A stretch of 64,000 bases of DNA from Hyphomicrobiales bacterium. Its GTDB lineage: Bacteria > Pseudomonadota > Alphaproteobacteria > Rhizobiales > JAKPQE01. The stretch covers positions 53,288 through 117,287 of the forward strand of contig JAWKVW010000007.1 of the NCBI GenBank assembly GCA_041397845.1, given 5' to 3'. Below the pieces are notes generated by a model, which worked only from the letters and a program-made list of their open reading frames with translations, was not told the DNA's origin and searched no databases. This document shows positions 10,713 through 20,552 of the stretch, one piece after another (the first letter of the stretch is position 1; each line of letters opens with the position of its first letter). The translations under genes and the position numbers were made by a program.

Positions 10713-11327
10713 TCAGCCGGCGGCAGCGGCCTCGTTCAGCCGGGCGATGTAGCGCGCCATCAGGTCGACTTCGAAATTGATGCCGTCGCCGGCCTTGCGG
10801 CCACCCCAGGAGGTGACGGCCAGGGTGTGCGGGATGAGCAGGATGGTGAAGCGGTCGCCATCGACGGAATTGACCGTGAGCGAGGTGCCGTCGAGGGCGA
10901 CCGAACCCTTGGCCGCGACGAATTTGGCAAAGCCCTTCGGCGCCTCGATGACGAAGCGGGCGCAGCCGTCCTCGTCGTCGCGCGAGACAATGGTGGCGAC
11001 GCCGTCGACGTGGCCGGTGACGAGATGGCCGCCCATTTCGTCGCCAAGCGCCAGCGAGCGCTCGAGATTGACCCTGGTGCCGGGTTTCCAGCCGCCCATC
11101 GTAGTGCGATCGAGGGTCTCGACGGATGCGTCGACCGCGTACCAGGTGCGGCCGTCGGCGAGCGTCTTCTTCTCGATGACGGTCAGACAGGCGCCGGCGT
11201 GGGCGATCGACGCGCCGATGGCGATGCCGGCCTCTTCATAGCGGCAGGCCATTTCGAGGCGGCAGCCGCCGCCCTGCGGCGTGACGGCGAGCACTTCGCC
11301 AACGTCGGTGATGATTCCGGTGAACAT
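10713..11327 (-). CDS. ribE: Riboflavin synthase (alpha chain)
   Basis: 204-aa ORF starting MFTGIITDVGEV, with two lumazine-binding repeats (GASIAHAGACLTV / GSVALDGTSLTV). Confidence 0.93.
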   Translation of the reverse strand: MFTGIITDVGEVLAVTPQGGGCRLEMACRYEEAGIAIGASIAHAGACLTVIEKKTLADGRTWYAVDASVETLDRTTMGGWKPGTRVNLERSLALGDEMGGHLVTGHVDGVATIVSRDDEDGCARFVIEAPKGFAKFVAAKGSVALDGTSLTVNSVDGDRFTILLIPHTLAVTSWGGRKAGDGINFEVDLMARYIARLNEAAAAG

Positions 11328-11331
11328 CGCT

Positions 11332-12522
11332 CTACTCCTTTACCCACCAGTGGCAGTAGCTATCGGCGCCAATCCCGCCCTTTGCGAGACACGCGTAACG
11401 GCCGCTGGCGGCGATCGCCTCGGGCCCTGCATCGCCGAACGCGGCAAGGCCGCCGGCGCCGATTGTCGTTGCCGCCGAAAAGATCATCGCCTCGTCGACG
11501 AGCCCGCCATCGAGCAGCGCCCGGGCAAGGGTCGCGCCGCCCTCGACCATCAATCGCGTAATGCCGCGCCCGGCAATGGCGCCAAGCGCCGCAACGAGAT
11601 CGGATCGCCCGCCCGCATCGCGCGGCACATCGATCAGGGATGCGCCGGCGGCTTCAAGCGCGGCCCGACGTTCGGCGCCGGCGCGATCGTCAACGACCAC
11701 CCAGAGCGGCGCCTCGTTCAGGCTTTCAAGGAGTGCGGAGGAAAGCGGCAACCGTCCGGCGCCGTCGACAACGACGCGGATCGGCGAGCGGCGCCCGAGA
11801 CCGGGAAGCCGGCAGGTCAGAAGCGGATCGTCTGCGAGCACCGTGCCGATGCCGACCATGATCGCGTCGGCCTCGGCGCGCATCAGATGGACGCGGCCGC
11901 GCACCTCGCGGCCGGTGATGGCAAAGCCGGGCTCGCCCCTCCTGCCGATCATGCCGTCGGCGGATACGGCAAGCTTCAACTGGACATGCGGGCGGCCAGC
12001 GACGACGCGGCGGATATGGCCGGCATGGACGCGGCGGGCCTCGGCAGCGAGAACGCCGGTCGAGACCGCGATGCCGGCATCGGCGAGACGGGCAAAGCCG
12101 CGACCGGCGACGCGGACGTCCGGGTCCTCGATGGCGGCGACGACGCGGCCGACGCCGGCCTCGACCAGAACATCGGCGCAGGGGCGCGTGCGGCCATGAT
12201 GGGAACAGGGTTCGAGCGTGACGTAGCAGGTCGCGCCGCGTGCAAGTTCGCCGGCCTCGGCAATGGCCAGCGGCTCGGCATGCGGGCGGCCACCCTCGGC
12301 GGTCCAGCCACGACCGACGACCACGGGACCATTTTCGGTCTCCCGCACGACAATGGCGCCGACGGCGGGATTGGGCCAGGCAAGGCCGAGATTGCGCCGG
12401 CCGATGGCCAGCGCGGCGCCCATGAAGCGGCGGTCACGATCAGGGTCGACCGAAAGGGCATGGTCGGCGGCAACGGCGGCTGCGTCCAACGGGTCCCCTC
12501 CGCGATCGCCGGGCGCCGGCAT
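11332..12522 (-). CDS. ribD: Bifunctional riboflavin biosynthesis deaminase/reductase RibD
   Basis: C-terminal 396 aa of track ORF 11332-12906. It carries the deaminase zinc motif HAEPLAI...TLEPCSHHGRTRPC, then a reductase domain. Confidence 0.93.
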   Translation of the reverse strand: MPAPGDRGGDPLDAAAVAADHALSVDPDRDRRFMGAALAIGRRNLGLAWPNPAVGAIVVRETENGPVVVGRGWTAEGGRPHAEPLAIAEAGELARGATCYVTLEPCSHHGRTRPCADVLVEAGVGRVVAAIEDPDVRVAGRGFARLADAGIAVSTGVLAAEARRVHAGHIRRVVAGRPHVQLKLAVSADGMIGRRGEPGFAITGREVRGRVHLMRAEADAIMVGIGTVLADDPLLTCRLPGLGRRSPIRVVVDGAGRLPLSSALLESLNEAPLWVVVDDRAGAERRAALEAAGASLIDVPRDAGGRSDLVAALGAIAGRGITRLMVEGGATLARALLDGGLVDEAMIFSAATTIGAGGLAAFGDAGPEAIAASGRYACLAKGGIGADSYCHWWVKE

Positions 12523-12524
12523 CG

Positions 12525-13004
12525 TCAGTTGTCGTCGCTGCCCCCGGCGTCGCCTGTCTGGCCCAGCTCGCCGAGGAAGGTCTCGAAATCCTTCGCCTCG
12601 CGGAAATTGCGGTAGACCGAGGCAAAGCGGACATAAGCGACGTCGTCGAGGCCGCGCAGGCCCTCCATGACGAGATGGCCGACCTGCTCGGAGGTCACAT
12701 CGTTCTCGCCCATGCTCTCGAGCTGGCGGACGATGCCGTTGACCATGCGCTCGATGCGCTCGGGCTCGACCTGGCGCTTGCGCAGGGCGATCTGGATCGA
12801 GCGCATCAGCTTGTCGCGATCGAAAGGCACGCGGCGGCCGGTCTTTTTCACCACCGTGAGCTCGCGCAACTGGACGCGCTCGAAGGTGGTGAAGCGGCCG
12901 CCGCAATCGGCGCAGATGCGGCGGCGGCGAATCGCGGTGCCGTCCTCGGTGGGACGGGAATCCTTCACCTGCGTTTCAGCGCTCCCGCAATACGGACACC
13001 GCAT
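12525..13004 (-). CDS. nrdR: Transcriptional repressor NrdR
   Basis: 159 aa. [17 protein letters not shown]...[12 protein letters not shown] is a zinc ribbon, followed by an ATP-cone. Confidence 0.95.
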   Translation of the reverse strand: MRCPYCGSAETQVKDSRPTEDGTAIRRRRICADCGGRFTTFERVQLRELTVVKKTGRRVPFDRDKLMRSIQIALRKRQVEPERIERMVNGIVRQLESMGENDVTSEQVGHLVMEGLRGLDDVAYVRFASVYRNFREAKDFETFLGELGQTGDAGGSDDN

Positions 13005-13022
13005 GCCTTACCTCCCGGCCGG

Positions 13023-14333
13023 TCAGTCCCGATAGATCGGGAAGCGCGCGGTGAGCGCCGCGACGCGCTCGCGCATGGCTTCCTCGACGAGCGGAGCACC
13101 CTCGTCGCCGCCCTGCGAGACGGCGTTCAGCACCTCGGCGATCATGTCACCGACGATGCGGAACTCGTCCGGGCCGAAGCCGCGGGTCGTGGCGGCCGGC
13201 GTGCCGAGACGGATGCCGGACGTGACCATCGGCTTTTCCGGATCGAACGGGATGCCGTTCTTGTTGCAGGTAATGCCGGCGCGCAGCAGCGCCTGCTCGG
13301 AGACCTTGCCGGTCAGGTGCTTCGGGCGCAGGTCGACGAGCATCAGGTGGGTATCGGTGCCGCCGGAAACGATGTCGAAGCCGTGGCCCTTGATGGTATC
13401 GGCGAGGACCTTGGCGTTCTCGACGACCTTGGCCGCGTAGGTGCGGAATTCCGGCCGCAGCGCCTCGCCGAAGGCAACGGCCTTGGCGGCGATGACATGC
13501 ATCAGCGGACCGCCCTGGATGCCCGGGAAAACGGCGGAATTGAACTTCTTGGCCAGATCCTCGTCATTGGTGAGGATGAGGCCGCCGCGCGGACCCCGCA
13601 GGGTCTTGTGGGTCGTCGAGGTGACGACGTGGGCGTGCGGGAACGGATTGGGATGAGCGCCACCGGCGACGAGGCCGGCGAAATGGGCCATGTCGACCAT
13701 CAGGTAGGCGCCAACCTCGTCGGCAATGGCGCGGAAGGCGGCAAAGTCGATGTGGCGCGGATAGGCCGAGCCACCGGCGACGATGACCTTCGGCTTGTGC
13801 TCGCGGGCGAGGCGCGCGACCTCGTCCATGTCGATGCGGTGATCATCGGGCCGCACGGTATAGGGCACGATGTTGAACCACTTGCCGGACATGTTGACCG
13901 GCGAGCCGTGGGTGAGATGGCCGCCCGCGGCGAGGTTGAGACCCATGAAGGTATCGCCCGGCTTCATCAGGGCGAAGAACACGGCGGTGTTCGCCTGGGC
14001 GCCGGAGTGCGGCTGGACATTGGCGAAGGAGCAGCCGATCAGCCTGGTGATGCGCTCGATCGCCAGGCGCTCGGCGACGTCGACGAACTCGCAGCCGGCA
14101 TAATAGCGACGACCGGGATAGCCCTCGGCGTACTTGTTGGTCATCACCGAGCCCTGGGCCTCGAGCACGGCGCGCGAGACGATGTTCTCGGAGGCGATCA
14201 GTTCGATCTCGTGGCGCTGACGGCCAAGCTCGTCGGCGATCGCGCCGGCGATCTCGGGATCGGCGGCGGCGAGGCCACGGGTGAAGAAATCGGGCGAGAC
14301 GACCGCATTGGCCGCAGCGTCGGGCTTCGACAT
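13023..14333 (-). CDS. glyA: Serine hydroxymethyltransferase
   Basis: 436 aa from [11 protein letters not shown] inside track ORF 13023-14411. [10 protein letters not shown] and the PLP-lysine context [16 protein letters not shown] are present. Confidence 0.97.
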   Translation of the reverse strand: MSKPDAAANAVVSPDFFTRGLAAADPEIAGAIADELGRQRHEIELIASENIVSRAVLEAQGSVMTNKYAEGYPGRRYYAGCEFVDVAERLAIERITRLIGCSFANVQPHSGAQANTAVFFALMKPGDTFMGLNLAAGGHLTHGSPVNMSGKWFNIVPYTVRPDDHRIDMDEVARLAREHKPKVIVAGGSAYPRHIDFAAFRAIADEVGAYLMVDMAHFAGLVAGGAHPNPFPHAHVVTSTTHKTLRGPRGGLILTNDEDLAKKFNSAVFPGIQGGPLMHVIAAKAVAFGEALRPEFRTYAAKVVENAKVLADTIKGHGFDIVSGGTDTHLMLVDLRPKHLTGKVSEQALLRAGITCNKNGIPFDPEKPMVTSGIRLGTPAATTRGFGPDEFRIVGDMIAEVLNAVSQGGDEGAPLVEEAMRERVAALTARFPIYRD

Positions 14334-14495
14334 GTTCGGAATGTCCCTGTTGGAGGCCGGCCGCATCTCCTGACCGGGCTGACGAACACCGGTCGCTGGC
14401 AGCCGATCCATTGGTCACGGCGCAGTCGCCATAACATACCGCGGTCCGCGACGCCACCTGCGAAGACCCGGATAAAAGCGGTACGTGGTGCGCCT

Positions 14496-14753
14496 TCAGA
14501 CGAGCTTGCCGCGACCGCCCGGCTCCTGCGGCGCAGCGGGCTTCGGCGCCTCGCCGCGACGGGCGAGAAGCGCGTCGAGCTTGCGCACCGCCAGCCGCTC
14601 GAGATCACCGCGCGGCGTCGACATCGGCCCGACGATCGAGACCTCGTCGCCGGTGCGCCCGTCGACGGCGATCACCTTGACCTGACGGCCAAGGGGCACG
14701 AACTCGAAATAGACGATGCGGCCGCCTGTGGCCTGTTCTTCATAGTCGTTCAC
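14496..14753 (-). CDS. Small conserved hypothetical protein (start uncertain; the ORF is open to 14870)
   Basis: Track ORF 14496-14870. The protein-like part is NDYEEQATGGRIVYFEFVPLGRQVKVIAVDGRTGDEVSIVGPMSTPRGDLERLAVRKLDALL. An in-frame GTG lies at 14753. Confidence 0.5.
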   Translation of the reverse strand: MNDYEEQATGGRIVYFEFVPLGRQVKVIAVDGRTGDEVSIVGPMSTPRGDLERLAVRKLDALLARRGEAPKPAAPQEPGGRGKLV

Positions 14754-14876
14754 GGCGTTTCCATGCCGTCCGGGCTCATCTTGCCGGGGCCGCCGAAGAC
14801 CATCGCAGTCGTCGGCGCCGCCAGTATCGTTACGGCTGGACGAAGATAGCAAAAATGCTGATTTCGGCACGAAAAA

Positions 14877-14894
14877 ACCCGCGTCGCCGCGGGT
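14877..14894. terminator. Rho-independent terminator downstream of the L,D-transpeptidase gene
   Basis: acccgcg-tcgc-cgcgggt hairpin flanked by gaaaaaa (T-run on the minus strand) and ttttcc. Confidence 0.7.
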
Positions 14895-14924
14895 TTTTCC
14901 TCATCAATCCCGGACTTATCCGGA

Positions 14925-16235
14925 TCAATTCTGCGCGTACTGGCCGAGACCGTCGCGATTGTAGATGTCGTCACGGAAGTTGACGACGCCGCTCGAGGTC
15001 GCCCAGGCGGTGATGTAGGTGGTGTAGATCGGCACCGGCTCGACGAGCTTCACATCGACGCGCTCGCCGCTCTGGATCGTCGCATCGATCTGGGCGCGCG
15101 ACCAGCCGGGCGTATCGCGCAGCAGCCAGGTGACCAGTTCGCGGACGTTCTGCACACGCACGCAGCCCGACGAATGGAAGCGATAGTCCTTGCCGAACAG
15201 CGTCTTCGACGGCGTGTCGTGCAGGTAGACGTTGTGCGGGTTGGAGAAGTTGATGCGCACGTTACCCAGCGAATTGATCTCGCCCGGGTCCTGCTTGAAC
15301 ATGTACTTCGTCGCTTCGTCGGTATCCCAGTTGACCTGCTCGGGCATCAGCTCGTTGCCGTAGCCGTCGAAGATGCGAATCTTGTTCTTGGCAAGATACT
15401 GGGGGTCCTGCTTCATCTTCGGGATCAGGTCCTTCTTGATGATGGAGAGCGGAACCGTCCAGAACGGGTTGAAGTTCAGTTCGGTGATGCGGCTGGCGAC
15501 GATCGGCGTCTGGCGATCGATCTTGCCGACAACGCCGATATGGCGCGACGCGACCTGACCCATGTCGATCGCCTCGATCTCGGCCGCCGGGATGTTGACC
15601 ATCACGTAGCGGTCGCCGAGGAAACCGGACATGGCGCGGACGCGCACCAGATTGGTCTCGAGCTGCTGCAGGCGGACATCGGCCGGCACGTTCAGCGCAT
15701 TGAAGGTCGAGGCGCGAACGACGCCGTCGGCGATGATGCCATGGCGCTCCTGGAAGCGGCGGACGGCCTCGGCAACGTAGGAATCGTAGGCGTCGCCCCG
15801 ACCGGCATTGGCGTCGAGGTCGCCGGACACCTTGAGACGCTCGCGCAGGGTCATGACGGCGGCGTTGCGAACGCCGATGCGCAGCGTCGTGCTCGTCGCC
15901 ACCTTCGGCCAGCCGCCCGAGGCGACAATCTGCGAATAGCGCTGGATCGCCTGCTCGATGTTGATGGCGGTCTGCGGCGACAGGGTCGGCTCGTTGCCAC
16001 GCACGTTGGTGTGTTCGCCGGAATCGAACCGCTGGGTCCACTCGGCCTGGAGCTTGGCATTGATCAGAGCCTCGATCGGGCTCTGCGCCAGCGCCGGGCG
16101 CACCGTCGCGGAGACGACAGCGGTCAGCACGAGCGTTGCGGCGACACGCGTTGCGCGCCGGAAGCCGGAGGACCGGAAAACCGCTTTCGTTCGGTTCACA
16201 TGAAGCACATCAAATTCCTCGCGTTTCGGGCTCAA
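14925..16235 (-). CDS. L,D-transpeptidase with peptidoglycan-binding domain (YcbB/YkuD type)
   Basis: 436-aa ORF with catalytic HDTPSKTLFGKDYRFHSSGCVRVQN and a PG-binding-like LRERLKVSGDL...AVRRFQERHGIIADGVV. An alternative GTG start at 16208 has a GAGGAA Shine-Dalgarno sequence. Confidence 0.85.
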   Translation of the reverse strand: MSPKREEFDVLHVNRTKAVFRSSGFRRATRVAATLVLTAVVSATVRPALAQSPIEALINAKLQAEWTQRFDSGEHTNVRGNEPTLSPQTAINIEQAIQRYSQIVASGGWPKVATSTTLRIGVRNAAVMTLRERLKVSGDLDANAGRGDAYDSYVAEAVRRFQERHGIIADGVVRASTFNALNVPADVRLQQLETNLVRVRAMSGFLGDRYVMVNIPAAEIEAIDMGQVASRHIGVVGKIDRQTPIVASRITELNFNPFWTVPLSIIKKDLIPKMKQDPQYLAKNKIRIFDGYGNELMPEQVNWDTDEATKYMFKQDPGEINSLGNVRINFSNPHNVYLHDTPSKTLFGKDYRFHSSGCVRVQNVRELVTWLLRDTPGWSRAQIDATIQSGERVDVKLVEPVPIYTTYITAWATSSGVVNFRDDIYNRDGLGQYAQN

Positions 16236-16635
16236 TGCGTGGCCCTGCGGGGTGGTTCCGTTCCGTTCGGAAAATTGTCCACTCCGGTATCACGGTCATG
16301 GTTAACAAACAACGAGCCAGTGCTCGCCGCAACGCACAACAACGTGATGAGGAGCCGACGACCACGGCCTTTCGGCAGCGCGCATTTCGGAACGGCTATC
16401 TGACCTTCGAGGTCACATCGCAATGTGGCGAATTAATGTCTCGGACCGGCAAGACCGGCCAATCCCGGCATATCGGGCCGAAAAGGTTGAAAGCCGGCTC
16501 AAGGACGCTAGCCTTAGCAAAAAGGGCTCTGGCGCGGCGGCGTCTTCGTCTTCCGCGCTTCACGAGGCCGCCCTGCGGCCCAACGAAGAGACGGCAGGAA
16601 CCTGCAAGCGCTGCCTGCCGTCCGGGGAGGAAGCC

Positions 16636-17313
16636 ATGAACCTTGCAATCCCGAAGCCCTCATTGCTGCCGGCGTCGGCCGTGCTCGCCCTGATGATGCT
16701 GGCCGGTCCCGCCGTTGCCGACGGCGGCGGCAACCAGCCGGATGCCGGCGTGGTCAGGCCGTACAACATCGACAATTCGCCGCCGAGGACAAAGACGAAG
16801 CCGAAGGAGCAGGCGCCGGCGTCGAAGCCGAAGAGCGCCAGGCCGGACAAGTCCCTCGCCGAGGAACGGCGGGACCTTGAAAAAGAGATCCGCACCGGCG
16901 AGCGGGAAGAGAAAAAGCTCAACAAGAAGATCGAACGCCTTGTCGAATCCGACAAGAAGCTGGCGGAAACGCTCCGCAAAAAATTCGACGAGACCGAGGA
17001 GAAGAAGAGCCAGATCTACCGCGACTTCGCCAAGGAGGACGACGAGAAGGGCGCCTGCTGCGGCGGCGGCAAGGCCAAGCGGCAGGAGATCTATGCCGAG
17101 ATGCTGCACAAGATCGACATGCTCGATCGCGAGTACAGCCGGTTCTACTGGAAGACGCTGAACGACGCCAAGAGCTGGGGCGACCCGGAGAATTACGACG
17201 AATACCGCGAACTGAAGCAGGAGCAGGCGGACAACGAGAAGAAGCTGCGCGACGCCCGAAAGACGCTGGAAAAGGTCGACAAGGCTATGAAGAAACCGAT
17301 CGTCCAGCCGTAA
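16636..17313 (+). CDS. Hypothetical secreted Lys/Glu-rich coiled-coil protein
   Basis: 225 aa from MNLAIPKPSLLPASAVLALMMLAGPAVA (signal peptide, GGAGG Shine-Dalgarno upstream) inside track ORF 16423-17313. It has long KE-rich helices and a GACCGGGK motif. Confidence 0.65.
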   Translation: MNLAIPKPSLLPASAVLALMMLAGPAVADGGGNQPDAGVVRPYNIDNSPPRTKTKPKEQAPASKPKSARPDKSLAEERRDLEKEIRTGEREEKKLNKKIERLVESDKKLAETLRKKFDETEEKKSQIYRDFAKEDDEKGACCGGGKAKRQEIYAEMLHKIDMLDREYSRFYWKTLNDAKSWGDPENYDEYRELKQEQADNEKKLRDARKTLEKVDKAMKKPIVQP

Positions 17314-17336
17314 TCAGCGGCCAGGGCAAAAGGAAA

Positions 17337-17363
17337 AGCCCCGGCGCTGGTCGAGCCGGGGCT
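17337..17363 (-). terminator. Rho-independent terminator after the MarR gene
   Basis: agccccggc ... gccggggct 9-bp stem. The preceding aaaaggaaaa on the plus strand gives a T-run on the minus strand. Confidence 0.6.
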
Positions 17364-17398
17364 GGTCCATTCCGCACAGTTGTCGTCTGGAAAGGCGC

Positions 17399-17911
17399 TC
17401 AGAGCCGATAGCGGATCTGATCGGTCCAGAAGCGCTCGAGACGCAGCAGCGCCTTGTTGAGGTCGCGGAAGTCTTCGGCGCCGATGCCGCCGACCTGTTC
17501 GATCGAGGCGATGTGGCGCTGGTAAAGACGGTCCACGACTTCGGCGATGGCACGGCCGTCTTCGGTCAGCGAGACGCGGACCGAGCGGCGGTCGACCTGC
17601 GAGCGCTCGTGGTTGATGAAGCCGGAATCGACCAGCTTCTTCAGATTGTAGGAGACGTTCGAGCCGAGATAGTAGCCGCGGCTACGCAGCTCGCCCGCCG
17701 TCAGCTCGGCATCACCGATATTGAACAGCAGAAGTGCCTGCACGCTGTTGACATCGGAACGACCCATGCGGTCGAACTCGTCCTTGATGACGTCCAGCAA
17801 ACGACGATGAAGTCGCTCGACGAGGTGCAACGCCTCAAGGTAAAGCGGCTTCACTTCTGCCGATTCCCCAGCATCGGCGAATAGTTCCGCTGCCCGCTTT
17901 GCGTTGATCAT
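17399..17911 (-). CDS. MarR-family transcriptional regulator (LdtR-like by sequence style and neighbourhood)
   Basis: 170 aa from MINAKRAAELF inside track ORF 17399-18271. It has the winged-helix segment LRSRGYYLGSNVSYNLKKLVDSGFINHERSQVDRRSVRVSLTEDG. Confidence 0.8.
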   Translation of the reverse strand: MINAKRAAELFADAGESAEVKPLYLEALHLVERLHRRLLDVIKDEFDRMGRSDVNSVQALLLFNIGDAELTAGELRSRGYYLGSNVSYNLKKLVDSGFINHERSQVDRRSVRVSLTEDGRAIAEVVDRLYQRHIASIEQVGGIGAEDFRDLNKALLRLERFWTDQIRYRL

Positions 17912-18003
17912 CCGAATTGCCTCTCTGTAGATTTCTATTTTTTTATCCCACCTGTAGCCGGCACTATATGCCTGGCACACAAAAAAACGCTTAAGGGGCA
18001 AGC

Positions 18004-18019
18004 TTAAAAACGGATTAAC
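18004..18019. promoter_or_regulatory. CtrA-type box TTAA-N7-TTAAC upstream of the MarR gene
   Basis: ttaa-aaacgga-ttaac is an exact match to the consensus half-sites and spacing. It lies 93-108 nt upstream of the start at 17911. Confidence 0.45.
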
Positions 18020-18094
18020 CGGCAAAAGTTGCCGGGTTGGGGGCCAGGAGGCGGTCAGGCGCGCGGCCGAAGCGCCGGCCCCGAGACGCGAAAA

Positions 18095-18113
18095 CGGCCC
18101 CGCGAAGGGGCCG
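18095..18113 (-). terminator. Rho-independent terminator after mmsB
   Basis: cggcccc-gcgaa-ggggccg hairpin. The plus-strand gaaaa before it gives ttttc after it on the minus strand. Confidence 0.65.
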
Positions 18114-18155
18114 TTCGAGCATCCGTCCGGTTCACCGGCGCGCCGGCCGGCGATG

Positions 18156-19044
18156 TCATTCCTTGCCGCGCAGCATCCTGATGATGCCGGAGAAGTCGAC
18201 GCCGTCATTGCCGGCGTTGCAGAACAGGCTGTAGAGCGCGGCGGCCTCGGCGCCGAGCGGGGTTGCTGCACCGGACGAGGCGGCGGCCTCCTGCGACAGC
18301 TTCAGGGTCCTTCAGCATCATGCCGGCGGTGAAGCCGGCCTGATAGTCGCGATTGGCCGGCGAGGCCGGAACAGGGCCGGGAACCGGGCAATAACTGGTC
18401 AAGGACCAGCACTGTCCGGAGGCAGTCGAGGCGATATCGAAGAGCTTCTGGCGGTCGAGACCGAGCCGGTCGGCGAGCACGAAAGCTTCCGAGACGGCGA
18501 TCATCGAGATGCCGAGGATCATGTTGTTGCAGATCTTGGCGGCCTGACCGTTGCCGGGGCCGCCGGCGTGGACGATGTTGCGGCCCATCTCTCCAGAACG
18601 GGCCTTGCCGCCGCGAAGGCCCGGCAGTGCCGCCGACCATGAAGGTGAGCGTGCCGGCGGCCGCGCCACCGACGCCGCCGGAGACGGGTGCGTCAATCAT
18701 ACGCATGCCGGCCGCATCGGCACGGGCGGCGACGCGCGGGCGCTGTCGACGTCGATGGTCGAGGAGTCGATGAAGAGCGTTCCGGGACGGGCGTTGTCGA
18801 TGACGCCGCCCTCGTCGCCGTAAACGGAACGGACGTGCTTGCCGGCCGGCAGCATGGAGACGACGACATCGGCGCCGGCGACCGTGTCGGCAATGGTGGC
18901 GGCATGGCGCCCGCCAGCCTCGACGAAGCGCGCGATGGCCTCGGCGGAGAGATCATAACCGGCGACGGTGTGGCCGGCCTTCAGAAGATTGGCGGCCATC
19001 GGGCCACCCATGTTGCCAAGTCCGATGAAGCCGATGGTCGCCAT
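18156..19044 (-). pseudogene. mmsB: 3-hydroxyisobutyrate dehydrogenase, reading frame broken about 4 times
   Basis: The blocks lie in different frames: MATIGFIGLGNMGGPMAANLLKAGH... (ORF 18697-19044); MRMIDAPVSGGVGGAAAGTLTFMVGG (ORF 18302-18706 frame); MGRNIVHAGGPGNGQAAKICNNM...GFTAGMMLKD (ORF 18205-18696 frame); and LKLSQEAAASSGAATPLGAEAAALYSLFCNAGNDGVDFSGIIRMLRGKE, with the stop at 18156. Single-nt shifts lie near 18735, 18625, 18598 and 18305. Confidence 0.8.
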
Positions 19045-19087
19045 CGCACCATTCCTCCCGTTCGTTGCCGCCGCCCGATCGTTGACG

Positions 19088-19495
19088 TCAGGCGTGCGCT
19101 TCCTGATGCACCCAGTATGTCAGCATGAAGTAGACGACGATCGTGACGAGGTGGAACACCACGAGGCCGAGATCGAAGCCGAAAATGTCAAACAGGCCGA
19201 GAAACATGACCACCTGGGTCAGCGCCGCCAGCATCCACATGACGCTGCCCCAGGAGACGCCGAGCCAGAGACCGACGGCGGCGACAAGATCGAGGACGGC
19301 GAAATAGACCGTCGAGACGCGCCATTCGATGGTCATCTCGGCAAAGGCCTTGCCGCCGATCGGCAGGCCGAGAATGCGCAGCCAGTAGACCAGCCCGCCG
19401 AGCAGGAACAGCAGCGCGAGGCCGCGCAGATACCAGATCAGCACCACCTCGAAGGTCACGCGCGAGCGGGCTTTTCTTTCTTCCTGCAAACTCAT
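19088..19495 (-). CDS. Small integral membrane protein (unknown function)
   Basis: 135 aa from MSLQEERKARSRVTFEVVLIWYLRG... with four hydrophobic segments. Its ATG overlaps the reconstructed stop of the upstream hydrolase (ATGA). The track shows it fused into ORF 19088-19723. Confidence 0.6.
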   Translation of the reverse strand: MSLQEERKARSRVTFEVVLIWYLRGLALLFLLGGLVYWLRILGLPIGGKAFAEMTIEWRVSTVYFAVLDLVAAVGLWLGVSWGSVMWMLAALTQVVMFLGLFDIFGFDLGLVVFHLVTIVVYFMLTYWVHQEAHA

Positions 19496-20546
19496 CGTTC
19501 CAGCACCAGATCGCCGTCGGCCAGCGGCGCGAAAATAGCCGGCAACGTCCGCCTCACCGACTTCGGCAAGCGTTGCCGGTCGCCAGGCGGGGGCGTTGTC
19601 CTTGTCGAGGATCGCGGCGCGCACGCCCTCGAAGAAGTCGTGGCCGCGCATCACGCGCTCGACGATACGATATTCCATGCGCATGCAGTCGTCGAACGCC
19701 GCGAGACGACGGCCTTCGCGCATCTGGCGCAGGGTGACCTTGAGGCTGGTCGGCGAATTGCGGCGGATGGCGGCGGCGGCCTTGACGGCCCATTCGGCAC
19801 TGCCGAGGGCATCAAGGCGGACGAGGATTTCCTCGATGGTCGGGGCGGAAAAGACCGCGTCGATCTCCGACTGGAAGCGGGCGGGAGCGGGCGCGCTTCG
19901 GCCAGACTTCGAATTTCGCTATCGCAGCGTCGACGTCATCGGTCGCGGCAAGCTCGGCGGCGAGATCGTCGAGGCGCGCCGACGGGCAGGCATGATTGGC
20001 GATGCCGGTCCAGCGGGCATCCTCGAGGCCCATGCGGGCACCGGTCAGGGCGAGATAGGTGCCGACCTCGCCCGGCAGGCGCGGCAGGAACCAGGAGCCG
20101 CCGACATCCGGAAAGATGCCGATGCCGACTTCGGGCATGGCGAACATCAGCTTTTCCGAGGCGACGCGATGGGAGCCATGCAGCGACACGCCGACGCCGC
20201 CGCCCATGACGATGCCGTCGATGAGGGCGACATAGGGCTTGGGGAAATGCTTGATGGCGGCGTTGAGGCGGTATTCCTCGCGATAGAAGTCGCGCCAGAG
20301 CTCGTTGCCCGACCGGCCCCAGTCATAAAGATTGCGGATGTCGCCGCCGGCCGAGAAGGCCTTTTCGCCGCTGCCGCGCACGACGACATGATGGACCTTG
20401 TCGCTGCGGGCCCATTTGTCGAGCCTGGCGTGGAGGGCGCGCACCATGTCGAGCGTCACGGCATTGAGGGCCTGCGGCCGGTTGAGCGTGACAAATCCGG
20501 CGGGGCCGCGGCGCTCGAACAGGATCTCGTCGGTCTTTGGAGCCAT
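19492..20546 (-). pseudogene. 3-hydroxyisobutyryl-CoA hydrolase (crotonase fold), frame broken twice
   Basis: ORF 19812-20546 carries FSAGGDIRNLY, ALIDGIVMGGGVG and FAMPEVGIGIFPDVGG. The protein continues in another frame as FQSEIDAVFSAPTIEEILVRLDALGSAEWAVKAAAAIRRNSPTSLKVTLRQMREGRRL...YEGVRAAILDKDNAPAWRP. The expected tail APLADGDLVLER-stop (19492) lies in a third frame. Shifts lie near 19900 and 19530. Confidence 0.75.
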
Positions 20547-20552
20547 CTCGGT

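Noticed and set aside
14334-14495. Possible ZTP (pfl-type) or other riboswitch in the 162-nt glyA leader. Some fragments (cgtgacc...gg, ccggtcaggag, cggccggcctcc) loosely resemble it.
   Set aside because: The conserved cores as I remember them (GGGUCGUGACUGGCG ... CCGCCUGGGC) are not present. There is only a generic GACCGG/CCGGTC hairpin. A covariance-model scan would be needed to revive the idea.
17973-17990. A sigma-54-like TGGCAC element.
   Set aside because: The downstream TTGC(A/T) element is missing at the required spacing (the sequence is tggcac-acaaa-aaac), and no plus-strand gene follows it.
19088-19723. A 211-aa ORF as a single protein.
   Set aside because: It is a chimera of the hydrolase C-terminal region and a separate 135-aa membrane protein, joined by a frameshift near 19530.
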